Source: an uncultured Candidatus Binatia bacterium
GTDB lineage: Bacteria > Desulfobacterota > Binatia > HRBIN30 > CADEER01
Assembly: GCA_964475125.1 (NCBI GenBank)
Contig: CAYYWP010000004.1
Coordinates: 1 to 60,438, forward strand
Direction: 5' to 3'
Length of the DNA stretch: 60,438 nt
Shown here one piece after another: positions 52,234 to 60,359 of this stretch. Within the stretch, counting starts at the first letter, position 1. Each line of letters starts with the position of its first letter. The notes beneath the pieces are model-generated. The model did no database searches. It had not been told where the DNA came from and was given only the letters and a program-made list of their open reading frames with translations. The position numbers were made by a program, and so were the translations under genes.

Positions 52234-54578
52234 CCGCCAGACCTTCGCTGATCGGCGCCCCGATCAAACGGCGCGAGGATCCGCGCTTGATCCGCGGCCT
52301 CGCCACCTACACCGACGACCTCAAGCTGCCGCGCATGGTGCACGCCGCCTTCGTGCACAGCCAGCACGCCGCCGGCCGCATCCGCCGCGTCGACACTGCG
52401 CGCGCCCGCGCCCGCCGCGGCGTGCTCGCCGTCTACACCATCGACGACATCCGCGGCCACGTCGGCCCCACGCCACTGCTCGTCCCCCTCCCCGAGGATC
52501 GCAAGGTCGAGCACCCGCTGCTCGCCGATGGCTTCGTGCGCTACGTCGGCCAGCCGATCGCGGTGGTCATCGCCGAGGACCGCTACCTGGCGCGCGACGC
52601 CGCCGCCGAGGTGGAGGTGGACATCGATCCCGCCCCAGCCGTGGTCGACGTCGAAGCCGCTCTCGCCCCCAACGCCCCGCGCGTCTACGCCGAGCTGCCG
52701 GACAACGTCTGCTCGCGCCTGGGGGCCGAGAACCCGATGGCGGATCAGCTGTTCGCCGCCGCGGCGGGCACGGTCAAGCTCCGCCTGGTCAATCAGCGCG
52801 TCGCGCCGGTGTCGATGGAGCCGCGCGCCGTGCTGGCGCAGTGGGACGAGGGTCAGCAGAAGCTGACCATGTGGACGTCCAACCAGGCGCCGCATGGCGT
52901 CAAGCAGAACGTCGCCGTGTGCCTGGGGATTCCCGAGATGCGCGTCCGCATCATCGCCCCCGAGGTCGGCGGCGCCTTCGGGTGCAAGATTCCCACCTAC
53001 CCGGAGGAGTGCCTGCTGCCGTGGATCGCGCGCAAGCTGCGGCGGCCGGTCAAGTGGGCCGAGACGCGCACCGAGAACCTGCAGAACACCACCCACGGCC
53101 GCGGCCACGTCGAGTACATCGAGGCGTCCTACACCGCGAGCGGTGAGGTGACGGCGCTGAAGATGAAGACCATCGCCGAGATCGGCGGCTATCCGTCGAT
53201 GATCGGGCCCGCGATCGCCGGCTTCACGCTGCTCTTGGTGCCGGGCTGCTACCGCCTGCAGGCGGTGTCGTTCGAGATCATCAACGTCTACACCAACACC
53301 ATGGCCACCGAGGCCTACCGCGGCGCCGGCCGGCCGGAGGCCGCCTATATCATCGAGCGCGTGATGGATGAGGTGGCGGTGGCGCTCAAGCTCGATCCGG
53401 TCGAGGTGCGGCGGCGAAACTTCATCCCCCCCGATGCGTTCCCGCACGCCACCATCACCGGCGCGGTGTACGACAGCGGCAACTACCAGGCCGCGCTCGA
53501 CCGCGCCCTGACGCTGTTCGACTACGACCAGGCGCGGCGCGACCAGGCCGAGGCGCGCCGCGCCGGGCGCCTGGTCGGCATCGGCGTCGCCTCCTTCACC
53601 GAGATCTGCGGCATCGGACCGAGCACCGGCGCCTCGGATATCGAGCGGCGCGGCTTCTGGGAGAGCGCCGAGATCCGCGTCGAGCCGACCGGCAACGCCA
53701 CCGTGATGACCGGCACCTCGCCGCACGGCCAGGGTCAGGAGACGGTCTTCGCGCAGATGACCGCCGACGCCCTCGGCATCGACATCGACGACGTGGTGGT
53801 GGTGCATGGGGATACCGACATGGTCACGCACGGCGTCGGCACCTTCGGCAGCCGCGGCCTCAACGTCGGCGGCACGGCGGTGCAGATGGCGCTCGACAAG
53901 ATCATCGCCAAGGGCAAGCGCATTGCCGGGCACCTGCTCGAGGTCCACGACCGCGACATCGAGTTCAAGGACGGCGTCTTTTCCGCCGTCGGCGGCGGGC
54001 CGCAGATCGGTTTCCGCAAGGTGGCACTGGCGGCGCACGTGTGGAACCGGCCGATGGCCGGCGAGGAGCCGGGCCTGGAGGCGTTGGCGCGCTTCGAGCC
54101 GACCGCCACGACCTTCCCGTTCGGCACGCATCTGTGCGAGGTCGAGGTCGACCGCAAGACCGGCGAGCTGACCATCCGCCGCTACGTCGCCGTGGACGAC
54201 TGCGGCACCGTCATCAACCCCCTGCTGGTCGACGGCCAGCGCCTGGGCGGCATCGTCCAGGGCCTCGGGCAAGCGCTGTGTGAAGAGGTGCGCTACGACG
54301 AGGCCGGGCAGCTGCTCTCCGGCACGCTCGCCGAGTACGCCGTGCCGCGCGCGCCGATGTTCCCGCGCATGGTGCTCGACCGCACCTGTACGCCGACCAA
54401 GGTCAACCCGCTCGGCGCCAAGGGCATCGGCGAGCTCGGCACCATCGGTGCCACCCCCTGCCTGGTGAACGCCGTGATCGATGCGCTGCGTCCGCTCGGC
54501 GTCACCCACCTCGACATGCCGCTCAAGCCCGAGCGCCTGTGGCGCGCCATGCGCGATGCCGAAGGGAGGCGGTCATGA
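52230..54578 (+). CDS. Molybdopterin-binding large subunit, form-II CoxL-like
   Basis: ATGA overlap at 52230. [23 protein letters not shown] opening. The active-site loop is [11 protein letters not shown] (form-II AYRGAGR, not form-I AYxCSFR). Confidence 0.9.
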   Translation: MTARPSLIGAPIKRREDPRLIRGLATYTDDLKLPRMVHAAFVHSQHAAGRIRRVDTARARARRGVLAVYTIDDIRGHVGPTPLLVPLPEDRKVEHPLLADGFVRYVGQPIAVVIAEDRYLARDAAAEVEVDIDPAPAVVDVEAALAPNAPRVYAELPDNVCSRLGAENPMADQLFAAAAGTVKLRLVNQRVAPVSMEPRAVLAQWDEGQQKLTMWTSNQAPHGVKQNVAVCLGIPEMRVRIIAPEVGGAFGCKIPTYPEECLLPWIARKLRRPVKWAETRTENLQNTTHGRGHVEYIEASYTASGEVTALKMKTIAEIGGYPSMIGPAIAGFTLLLVPGCYRLQAVSFEIINVYTNTMATEAYRGAGRPEAAYIIERVMDEVAVALKLDPVEVRRRNFIPPDAFPHATITGAVYDSGNYQAALDRALTLFDYDQARRDQAEARRAGRLVGIGVASFTEICGIGPSTGASDIERRGFWESAEIRVEPTGNATVMTGTSPHGQGQETVFAQMTADALGIDIDDVVVVHGDTDMVTHGVGTFGSRGLNVGGTAVQMALDKIIAKGKRIAGHLLEVHDRDIEFKDGVFSAVGGGPQIGFRKVALAAHVWNRPMAGEEPGLEALARFEPTATTFPFGTHLCEVEVDRKTGELTIRRYVAVDDCGTVINPLLVDGQRLGGIVQGLGQALCEEVRYDEAGQLLSGTLAEYAVPRAPMFPRMVLDRTCTPTKVNPLGAKGIGELGTIGATPCLVNAVIDALRPLGVTHLDMPLKPERLWRAMRDAEGRRS

Positions 54579-55432
54579 TTCCGGCCGAGTTCAACTACCA
54601 GGTGCCGCGCTCGCTCGACGAGGCGCTGCGCCTGCTCACCGCCTCGGAGGCCAAGATCGTCGCCGGCGGCATGAGCCTCATCCCGGCGATGAAGCTGCGC
54701 CTGGTGGCGCCGCCCGCCCTGATCGACATCGCGCGCGTCGCCGAGCTGGGCGGTGTGCGGCGCGACGGCGGCGCCGTGCGCGTCGGCGCCTGTGTCACCC
54801 ACGATCAGCTCATGCGCAGCGCCGAGCTCGGCGGCGCGCACGTGGTCGCCGAGGCGGCGGGCGCCATCGGCGACCTGCAGGTGCGCAACCGCGGCACGAT
54901 CGGCGGCAGCCTCGTGCACGCCGACCCGGCCGCCGACTGGCCGGCGGTGTTCCTCGCCCTCGACGGTGAAGCTGTGCTGCGCGGTCCGCGCGGCGAGCGC
55001 CGCCTGCCGGCGGCCAAGTTCTTCACCGGCCTGCTGCAGAGCGCGACGGCCGCCGACGAGATCCTCACCGAGGTTCGACTCGCCATGCCCGCCGGGCGCA
55101 GCGGGACGGCCTACGCCAAGATGCGACATCCGGCCTCGGGCTTCGCCGTCGTCGGCGCCGCTGCCGTGCTCACCCTCGACGCCAAGGGCCGCTGCGAGCG
55201 CGCCGCCATCGGCGTGACCGGCGTCAACGCCAGCGCGTTCCGCGCTCACAGCGTCGAGAAGGCGCTGCAGGGAACGGGGCTCGACGCCGCCGCGGTCGAG
55301 AAGGCCTGCGCCACCATCGCCGAGTGCGACGCCCTCGGCGATGCCTTCGCCTCGGCCGAGTACCGCCGCCATCTCGCCGGCGTGTACATCGGCCGCGCCG
55401 TCGCGCGCGCCAAGGAGCGAGTGAAGAATTAG
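54575..55432 (+). CDS. FAD-binding medium subunit (CoxM-like)
   Basis: ATGA overlap at 54575. [18 protein letters not shown]...IVAGGMSLIPAMKLR is the PCMH-type FAD-binding pattern. Confidence 0.9.
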   Translation: MIPAEFNYQVPRSLDEALRLLTASEAKIVAGGMSLIPAMKLRLVAPPALIDIARVAELGGVRRDGGAVRVGACVTHDQLMRSAELGGAHVVAEAAGAIGDLQVRNRGTIGGSLVHADPAADWPAVFLALDGEAVLRGPRGERRLPAAKFFTGLLQSATAADEILTEVRLAMPAGRSGTAYAKMRHPASGFAVVGAAAVLTLDAKGRCERAAIGVTGVNASAFRAHSVEKALQGTGLDAAAVEKACATIAECDALGDAFASAEYRRHLAGVYIGRAVARAKERVKN

Positions 55433-55452
55433 CCCTCGTTCGAAATGCCTTG

Positions 55453-55603
55453 AAACCACGAAGGCCACGAAGAGGACGAATGGCAAGGGTTGCTGGGCCG
55501 TGCGAGGCAGGGCGAGAGGCTCACAGCTATGAGAATGATCCATGCGTCGCTGCCCTGCGCCGTGATCTTCGCCGGCTTCGTGTTCTTCGTGGTGAAAGGT
55601 TTT
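55453..55603. repeat. Inverted-repeat element, family F (CCACGAAG.ACACGAAG arms)
   Basis: Arms aaaccacgaaggccacgaagaggacgaa (55453..55480) and cttcgtgttcttcgtggtgaaaggttt (55576..55603) are imperfect reverse complements. There is an inner gcagggc/gccctgc stem. Confidence 0.65.
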
Positions 55604-55623
55604 TTCGGATTGGGGCTCGTTAG

Positions 55624-55702
55624 CCACGGATGAGCACCGATGGACACAGCGCCTCGTCGCCAGACTCTGTGTTCATCCGTGGTCATTGGTGTTCATCTGT
55701 GG
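55624..55702. repeat. Family D hairpin plus an extra half-site
   Basis: ccacggatgagcac (55624..55637) pairs with gtgttcatccgtgg (55669..55682). A third half-site gtgttcatctgtgg lies at 55689..55702 and is identical to the arm of the 39138..39276 element. Confidence 0.8.
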
Positions 55703-55731
55703 TTTCTCAACCAACTGCGTGAGGAGGAACC

Positions 55732-56928
55732 ATGGCGCCGAAGAAAACCATCTACACCGCTCCGAGTCTCAAGTGGACCGATTCGCTGCCCACCGGCAGC
55801 GCCTGCGTGCGCGTCGGCGACCTGCTCTGCATCAGCGGCCAGGTCAGCCTCGATGCCAAGTTCCGCGCCGTCGCCGCGGGCGACGTCAAGGCGCAGGCGC
55901 GCAACATCTTCAGCCAGATCCAGGCCGCCGTCGAAGCGGCCGGCGGATCGCTGGACGACGTCCTCGACCTGCTCTCGTTTCACAAGGACTGCCGCCAGCT
56001 CATGGACGTGGTGGAGGTCGCCAGGGAGTTCTTCAAGAAGGACTATCCGGCGTGGACGGCGATCGGCACCACGGGCACCTATGACCCCGACCTGCTGGTG
56101 AGCATCAAGGCGATCGCGCACCTCGGCAAGGAAAAGAAGCAGTGCTACACCCCGGACTCCGTCAAGTGGTTCCGCAGCCTGCCGCTGTCGGCCGCCTGCC
56201 GCAAGGGCAACCTGATGTTCCTCTCCGGCCAGGTGTCGGTCGATCCGGACGGCAACATGGTGGCGCCCGGCAATCACGCGCTGCAGGCGCGACAAGCGTG
56301 GGTGAACATCAAGTCCGTCATCGAGGCCGCCGGCGGCACGCTCGATGACGTCATCGAAACCCTGTCGTTCCACGTCGACCCGCGCGGCATGGAGATCGCC
56401 GGCGACCTGGTCCTGGCGGAGGTCTGGGGCCAGACCCCGCTGGCAAACGCGGCCTCGTGGACGGCGATCGGCACGCCGGCGCTGTATGCCCTGGGGATCA
56501 TGGGCGAGTACCGCACGATGGTCGATTTCAGCCCCGGCAAGCGCATCGCCCACACACCCGACACGATCTGGTGGCGTGTCATCCCCGTCTCCGGCGGCAG
56601 CAAGAAAGAGGGCGGCACCCTGATCGCCGTCTCCGGCCAGGTCTCCTCGGACGGCGACGGCAACATCCTGCACGCCGGCGACGTCGCCGGGCAGGCGCGC
56701 TACGACTTCAAGCAGATCCGCAGGATCCTGGCCGGCTTCAACGCCACGCTCGATAACATCGTCGAGATCACCTCCTTCCACAAAGACATCCGTGCCTGGG
56801 AGACCGTGATGAAGGTCGGCGCCGAGCACTTCCGCAAGGGCGAGGCGCCGGCGTGGACGGCGGTCGGCATGTCGGGCATGTGGAAGGAAGGCTACCTGCA
56901 CGAGATCCACGCCCTCGCGGTGGTGTGA
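55732..56928 (+). CDS. Triple-domain RidA/YjgF/UK114-family protein (three tandem Rid domains in one chain)
   Basis: GAGGAGGAAC precedes ATG 55732. Three collinear approx 130-aa repeats each have the pattern [LI]xxSGQV...A[QG]xQA...I...AGG[ST]LD[DN][IV]...[ST]FH...[PS][AS]WTA[IV]G. Confidence 0.85.
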   Translation: MAPKKTIYTAPSLKWTDSLPTGSACVRVGDLLCISGQVSLDAKFRAVAAGDVKAQARNIFSQIQAAVEAAGGSLDDVLDLLSFHKDCRQLMDVVEVAREFFKKDYPAWTAIGTTGTYDPDLLVSIKAIAHLGKEKKQCYTPDSVKWFRSLPLSAACRKGNLMFLSGQVSVDPDGNMVAPGNHALQARQAWVNIKSVIEAAGGTLDDVIETLSFHVDPRGMEIAGDLVLAEVWGQTPLANAASWTAIGTPALYALGIMGEYRTMVDFSPGKRIAHTPDTIWWRVIPVSGGSKKEGGTLIAVSGQVSSDGDGNILHAGDVAGQARYDFKQIRRILAGFNATLDNIVEITSFHKDIRAWETVMKVGAEHFRKGEAPAWTAVGMSGMWKEGYLHEIHALAVV

Positions 56929-56950
56929 GCGGGGAACGAGCGACCGCGAC

Positions 56951-57006
56951 GAGCCGTAGCCGCGGGACCCGTGCCCGCCGGCAGCGCGGCGCGCTGCCCG
57001 GTGGGG
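56951..57006. repeat. 56-bp GC-rich palindromic element, family E, copy 2
   Basis: 53/56 identical to 44555..44610. Starts 23 nt after the stop of the RidA-triple gene. Confidence 0.85.
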
Positions 57007-57134
57007 CGGGGCCCGGCAACGGTGCGCCGGACGCAGGAGTCCAGCACCGGCGGTGATCCTCCGGCGACATTCCCCGCCAATCCCGGACGCACGCATCGCG
57101 CGGGCACAATACGGCGCGCCCCGCCTCTCCGCGC

Positions 57135-57427
57135 GGCGCACGCCGTGCGCCCCGACGCGGAATGGATGTGTGCCACGCGTGCCGACACGACTCGCGCCGT
57201 GGGTTCCGACGCACCGCGCGCCGCACGGGGCAATGTGGTGTGCCCGCCGCCCCCCCCCGCCGGGCGCACGCCGTGCGCCCCTACGCGGAATGGATGTGTA
57301 CCACGCGTGCCGATACGACTCGCGCCGCGTGGGCGCGTGCCGTGGGCCCTTCACGCGCCCACCGGATTGGGGCACGGCGTGGGTTCGGGGTGCTACCTGC
57401 ACCGTAGGGGCGCACGGCGTGCGCCCG
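57135..57427. repeat. Family G repeats (GGCGCACGCCGTGCGCCCC-ACGCGGAATGGATGTGT.CCACGCGTGCCGA.ACGACTCGCGCC): two direct approx 70-nt copies plus one inverted partial copy
   Basis: Copies at 57135..57203 and 57263..57333 (128-nt period, few mismatches). The inverted core ccgtaggggcgcacggcgtgcgcccg lies at 57402..57427. The core GCGCACGCCGTGCGC has 6-bp self-complementary arms (GCGCAC / GTGCGC) around a central GCC. Confidence 0.85.
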
Positions 57428-57580
57428 AGCGACCGCGCCCATGGCGCCCGACCGCGAGAATGACGTGGTAGTTCTGGCCGGTGTCGGCGATCGGCCAAAT
57501 GTTCGTTTGTGCCGCCTCCACGGCGCCGGGAAACCCGCAGAATCGGCATAGGGAGTGATGTACAAGCGCGGGTTAGGCAG

Positions 57581-58930
57581 CTAGCCCCGCCCGAGCCCGG
57601 CGCTGCGCTGCGCCCACACGGCGGTGAGGGCGATGGCGACGGCGACCAGGCCGATGCAGAGGCCGATCCACAGGCCGACCACGCCCCAGCCGGCGCTGAA
57701 ACAGAGCGCCGCGCCGATCGGCAGGCCGAACAACCAGTGCCCGCCGAGGTTGGCGAGAAACGCCGTGCGCGTGTCGCCGAGCCCGCGCAGCGCACCCGTG
57801 GCGACGACCTGGATGCCGTCGAAGAGCTGGAAGGCGGCGGCGACGGAGAGCAGCGTGACGCCGCTCGCCAGGACGGCGGGCACGTCGGTGAAGATCGCCA
57901 GGATGGCGCGCGGCGCGGTGAGAAACACCGTCGCCGAGATGCTCATCGCGGCGACGCCGAGCGCCAGCGCGGTCCAGCCGGCGCGCGCCGCCGCCGCGGG
58001 GTGACGGCGCCCGAGCGCGTGGCCCACCCGCACCGCGGCAGCCGACGAGATACCGAGCGGGATCATGAAGGTGAACGATGCCGCGCTGAGGGCGATCTGG
58101 TGGGCCGCCAGGGCGTCAGTGGTCAGCCGGCCGGCGAGCAGCGTCGCGGCGGTGAACACCCCGCTCTCGAGCAACAGGTGGAATGCCGCCGGCGTGCCGA
58201 GGCGGACGACCTCGATGAAGCGCGCGATCTCGAAGCGCAGCGGCAGCCGCCAACCGCGCCCGGCGCGCGCCTCGCAGCGCAGCACGTAGGCGAGGATGAC
58301 GACAAACATGTAGACCCGCGAGGCGCAGGTCGCCCACCCGGCGCCCTCCGCGCCGAGCGCCGGAAGCCCGAAGGAGCCGAAGATCAGCACCCAGGCGACG
58401 GCGGCGTTGATGACGTTGGCGCTCACCAGGGTCACCATGATGATACGCACGTGGCCGAGGGCCTGGGCGTAACGCCGCAGGGTCGCATAGAGCAGCAGCG
58501 GCAAGAGGCTCCAGGTGACGGCGCGCAGGTACGGATGCGTCGCCTCGGCCACCGCCGGCTGAATGCCGAACCAGGTGAGGTGCGCATCGATGATGAGCAA
58601 GACGGGCGTGAGCAGCGCGGCCAGCGCGACGCTCAGATACGCACCGTGCACCAGGGCGCGGCGCGCATCCTCCAAGCGCCCGGCGCCGAAAGCGTGCGCC
58701 ACCAGGTAGTCGAGCCCGAGCAGCATGCCGATGCCGAACAGGCCGACGGTGAAGTACACGTGGCTGCCGATACTCACCGCGCCGATCGCCTCGGCGCCGA
58801 TGCGGCCGACCAGAATGGTGTCGACCAGCCCCATCGCCATCCAGCCGAGCTCGGCGAGCGCGACCGGCCAGGCCAGCGCGAACATCGCCGGCAGCTCGTT
58901 GCGCCAGGCGCGCAGGGTCTTGCTGGTCAT
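57581..58930 (-). CDS. MATE-family efflux transporter
   Basis: 449 codons. LRAWRNELPAMFALAWPVALAELGWMAMGLVDTILVGRIGAEAIGAVSIG is a typical MATE N-terminus. 12 predicted hydrophobic segments. Confidence 0.85.
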   Translation of the reverse strand: MTSKTLRAWRNELPAMFALAWPVALAELGWMAMGLVDTILVGRIGAEAIGAVSIGSHVYFTVGLFGIGMLLGLDYLVAHAFGAGRLEDARRALVHGAYLSVALAALLTPVLLIIDAHLTWFGIQPAVAEATHPYLRAVTWSLLPLLLYATLRRYAQALGHVRIIMVTLVSANVINAAVAWVLIFGSFGLPALGAEGAGWATCASRVYMFVVILAYVLRCEARAGRGWRLPLRFEIARFIEVVRLGTPAAFHLLLESGVFTAATLLAGRLTTDALAAHQIALSAASFTFMIPLGISSAAAVRVGHALGRRHPAAAARAGWTALALGVAAMSISATVFLTAPRAILAIFTDVPAVLASGVTLLSVAAAFQLFDGIQVVATGALRGLGDTRTAFLANLGGHWLFGLPIGAALCFSAGWGVVGLWIGLCIGLVAVAIALTAVWAQRSAGLGRG

Positions 58931-59020
58931 CGGTCAGCGCACCTCTTGCCCGGCCCGAGCGCCGAGCGCCAGTCCTGCGCGCGGTCGACGAGCGCCGGCG
59001 GCGACAGCCCCTCGCAGGCG

Positions 59021-59189
59021 CGCTAGTGTCCTGAGTCCGAAATTCGCTGCATATCTCGGCGAGGCATCGGCGGCCCTGGCCAGGCGGCCGACGCAGGAAT
59101 ATCTGGCTATATTCCGAGGAGGCCAACGCCGCCAGGGGCGCTGAGGACCGCCGCGATATGCAGCGAATTTCGGACTCAGGACACTAGCG
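59021..59189. mobile_element. 169-bp MITE with perfect 35-bp terminal inverted repeats
   Basis: cgctagtgtcctgagtccgaaattcgctgcatatc (59021..59055) is the exact reverse complement of 59155..59189. CTAG sits at both ends. There is no coding capacity. The right arm contains the stop codon (59184..59186) of the EEP gene. Confidence 0.9.
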
Positions 59190-60221
59190 GCAGTTGAGAT
59201 CCATCTCGACGCCGGTGTGGTCCGACGGCCAGCAGATCGGCTGCGGTGCTGGTCCGCAGCTGGCGGCGAACGGGTTCGGCAGCTCGGCGAAGAGACGCGT
59301 CGCCGTACCGTCGCCGTCGCGGTCGGCGGCGGGATCGAGCCCGACGCGACAGGGAAAGCCCTCGCCCGCGGGAACGAGAAAGATGAAATCGATGCGTTGG
59401 GTCTCGCCGCTGGCCGGCGACTCCAGCTCTGCCAGCGAGGCGTCGTCGCGTCCCGACGTACAGCCGGTACCGGAGGTCGGATCGCACTCGGCGTTGCGTG
59501 CGGCGAGGTAGACATCGCGCCAGCCGCGCTCGGTGAAGAGCCGATGCACGAAGCCGCCCGGCGGGCTGTTGAAGTCGCCGCCGATCAGCGCCGGCGCCGG
59601 GCCCATGCGCGTCGCGTCGATGAAGTCCATCATCTCGAGGGCCTGGCAGTCGCGGCGGACTTGTGCCCCCCGTTCCGTGCAATGGGCCGGGCAGGGTGGG
59701 CTGCCGGCATCGCAGGGCAGCGGCCCGCCGTCGGAGCCCGAGGCGAGGTGCGTGGTGTAGACGTCGAGCGCACCGAGGGGGTGGTCGACGCGCACGTGCA
59801 GCACCTTGCGAAAACCGGGGAACAGCGCCTGGCGCTCGACGAGCAGCACCGGGTAGCGGCTCAGCACCGCTTCGTCGTCGACGCCGAGCCGCTGGCTGCC
59901 CAGCGCCACCTCGTAGGGGAACGGGCAGGCGGTGAGGGCGTGCGCCTCGAGCAGTGGCAGCCACTCCCGCCACACTTCTTGCAACGTCACCACATCGGGG
60001 CAGCCGCGTTCGGCGATCCATTGAAAGAGCAGCTCGGCGCGGTCGGCGAGGCGGCAGTTGTCCAGGGTCGCGCAAGCGCCGGTGATGCCGTGCAGCACGT
60101 TGAGCTGCGCCATGGTCAGGTCGCGTTCGCCCGCCGAGCCGTCACCGTCATCGCCGCAGCCGGCGAGCAGTGCCAGTCCCAGCGCCACGACAAGCCGTTG
60201 GATGCGAAACAGGCGTCCCAT
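59184..60221 (-). CDS. Endonuclease/exonuclease/phosphatase (EEP) family lipoprotein
   Basis: ATG 60221 gives MGRLFRIQRLVVALGLALLAGC (lipobox). EEP blocks LNVLHG, VVTLQEVW, IGGDFNSPPG and WPSDHTGV. Confidence 0.8.
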   Translation of the reverse strand: MGRLFRIQRLVVALGLALLAGCGDDGDGSAGERDLTMAQLNVLHGITGACATLDNCRLADRAELLFQWIAERGCPDVVTLQEVWREWLPLLEAHALTACPFPYEVALGSQRLGVDDEAVLSRYPVLLVERQALFPGFRKVLHVRVDHPLGALDVYTTHLASGSDGGPLPCDAGSPPCPAHCTERGAQVRRDCQALEMMDFIDATRMGPAPALIGGDFNSPPGGFVHRLFTERGWRDVYLAARNAECDPTSGTGCTSGRDDASLAELESPASGETQRIDFIFLVPAGEGFPCRVGLDPAADRDGDGTATRLFAELPNPFAASCGPAPQPICWPSDHTGVEMDLNCR

Positions 60222-60308
60222 GCTGGTGCCAACCTCACCGACCAGAGGCTGCAATTGCAAGCCTTGCTCGGGATCGGTTTCCGAGTCGGCACACTCTTTG
60301 GCCAAGCT

Positions 60309-60340
60309 CCGACACCTGGCCCCTGACACCCGACACCTGG
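60309..60340. promoter_or_regulatory. Direct repeats CCGACACCTGG x2 (21-nt spacing) with a central GACACC, upstream of the cysteine-synthase-like gene
   Basis: ccgacacctgg occurs at 60309..60319 and 60330..60340, with ctgacacc between them. Located 20 nt before ATG 60360. Confidence 0.3.
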
Positions 60341-60359
60341 TGTGATAGCCACCGCGCCG

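Noticed and set aside
51763-55432. Aerobic carbon monoxide dehydrogenase (coxMSL) call.
   Set aside because: The gene order is S-L-M and the large-subunit loop is AYRGAGR, not the form-I AYxCSFR signature. The other large subunit (107..2491) has AYRGYGK. I called both generic Mo-hydroxylases.
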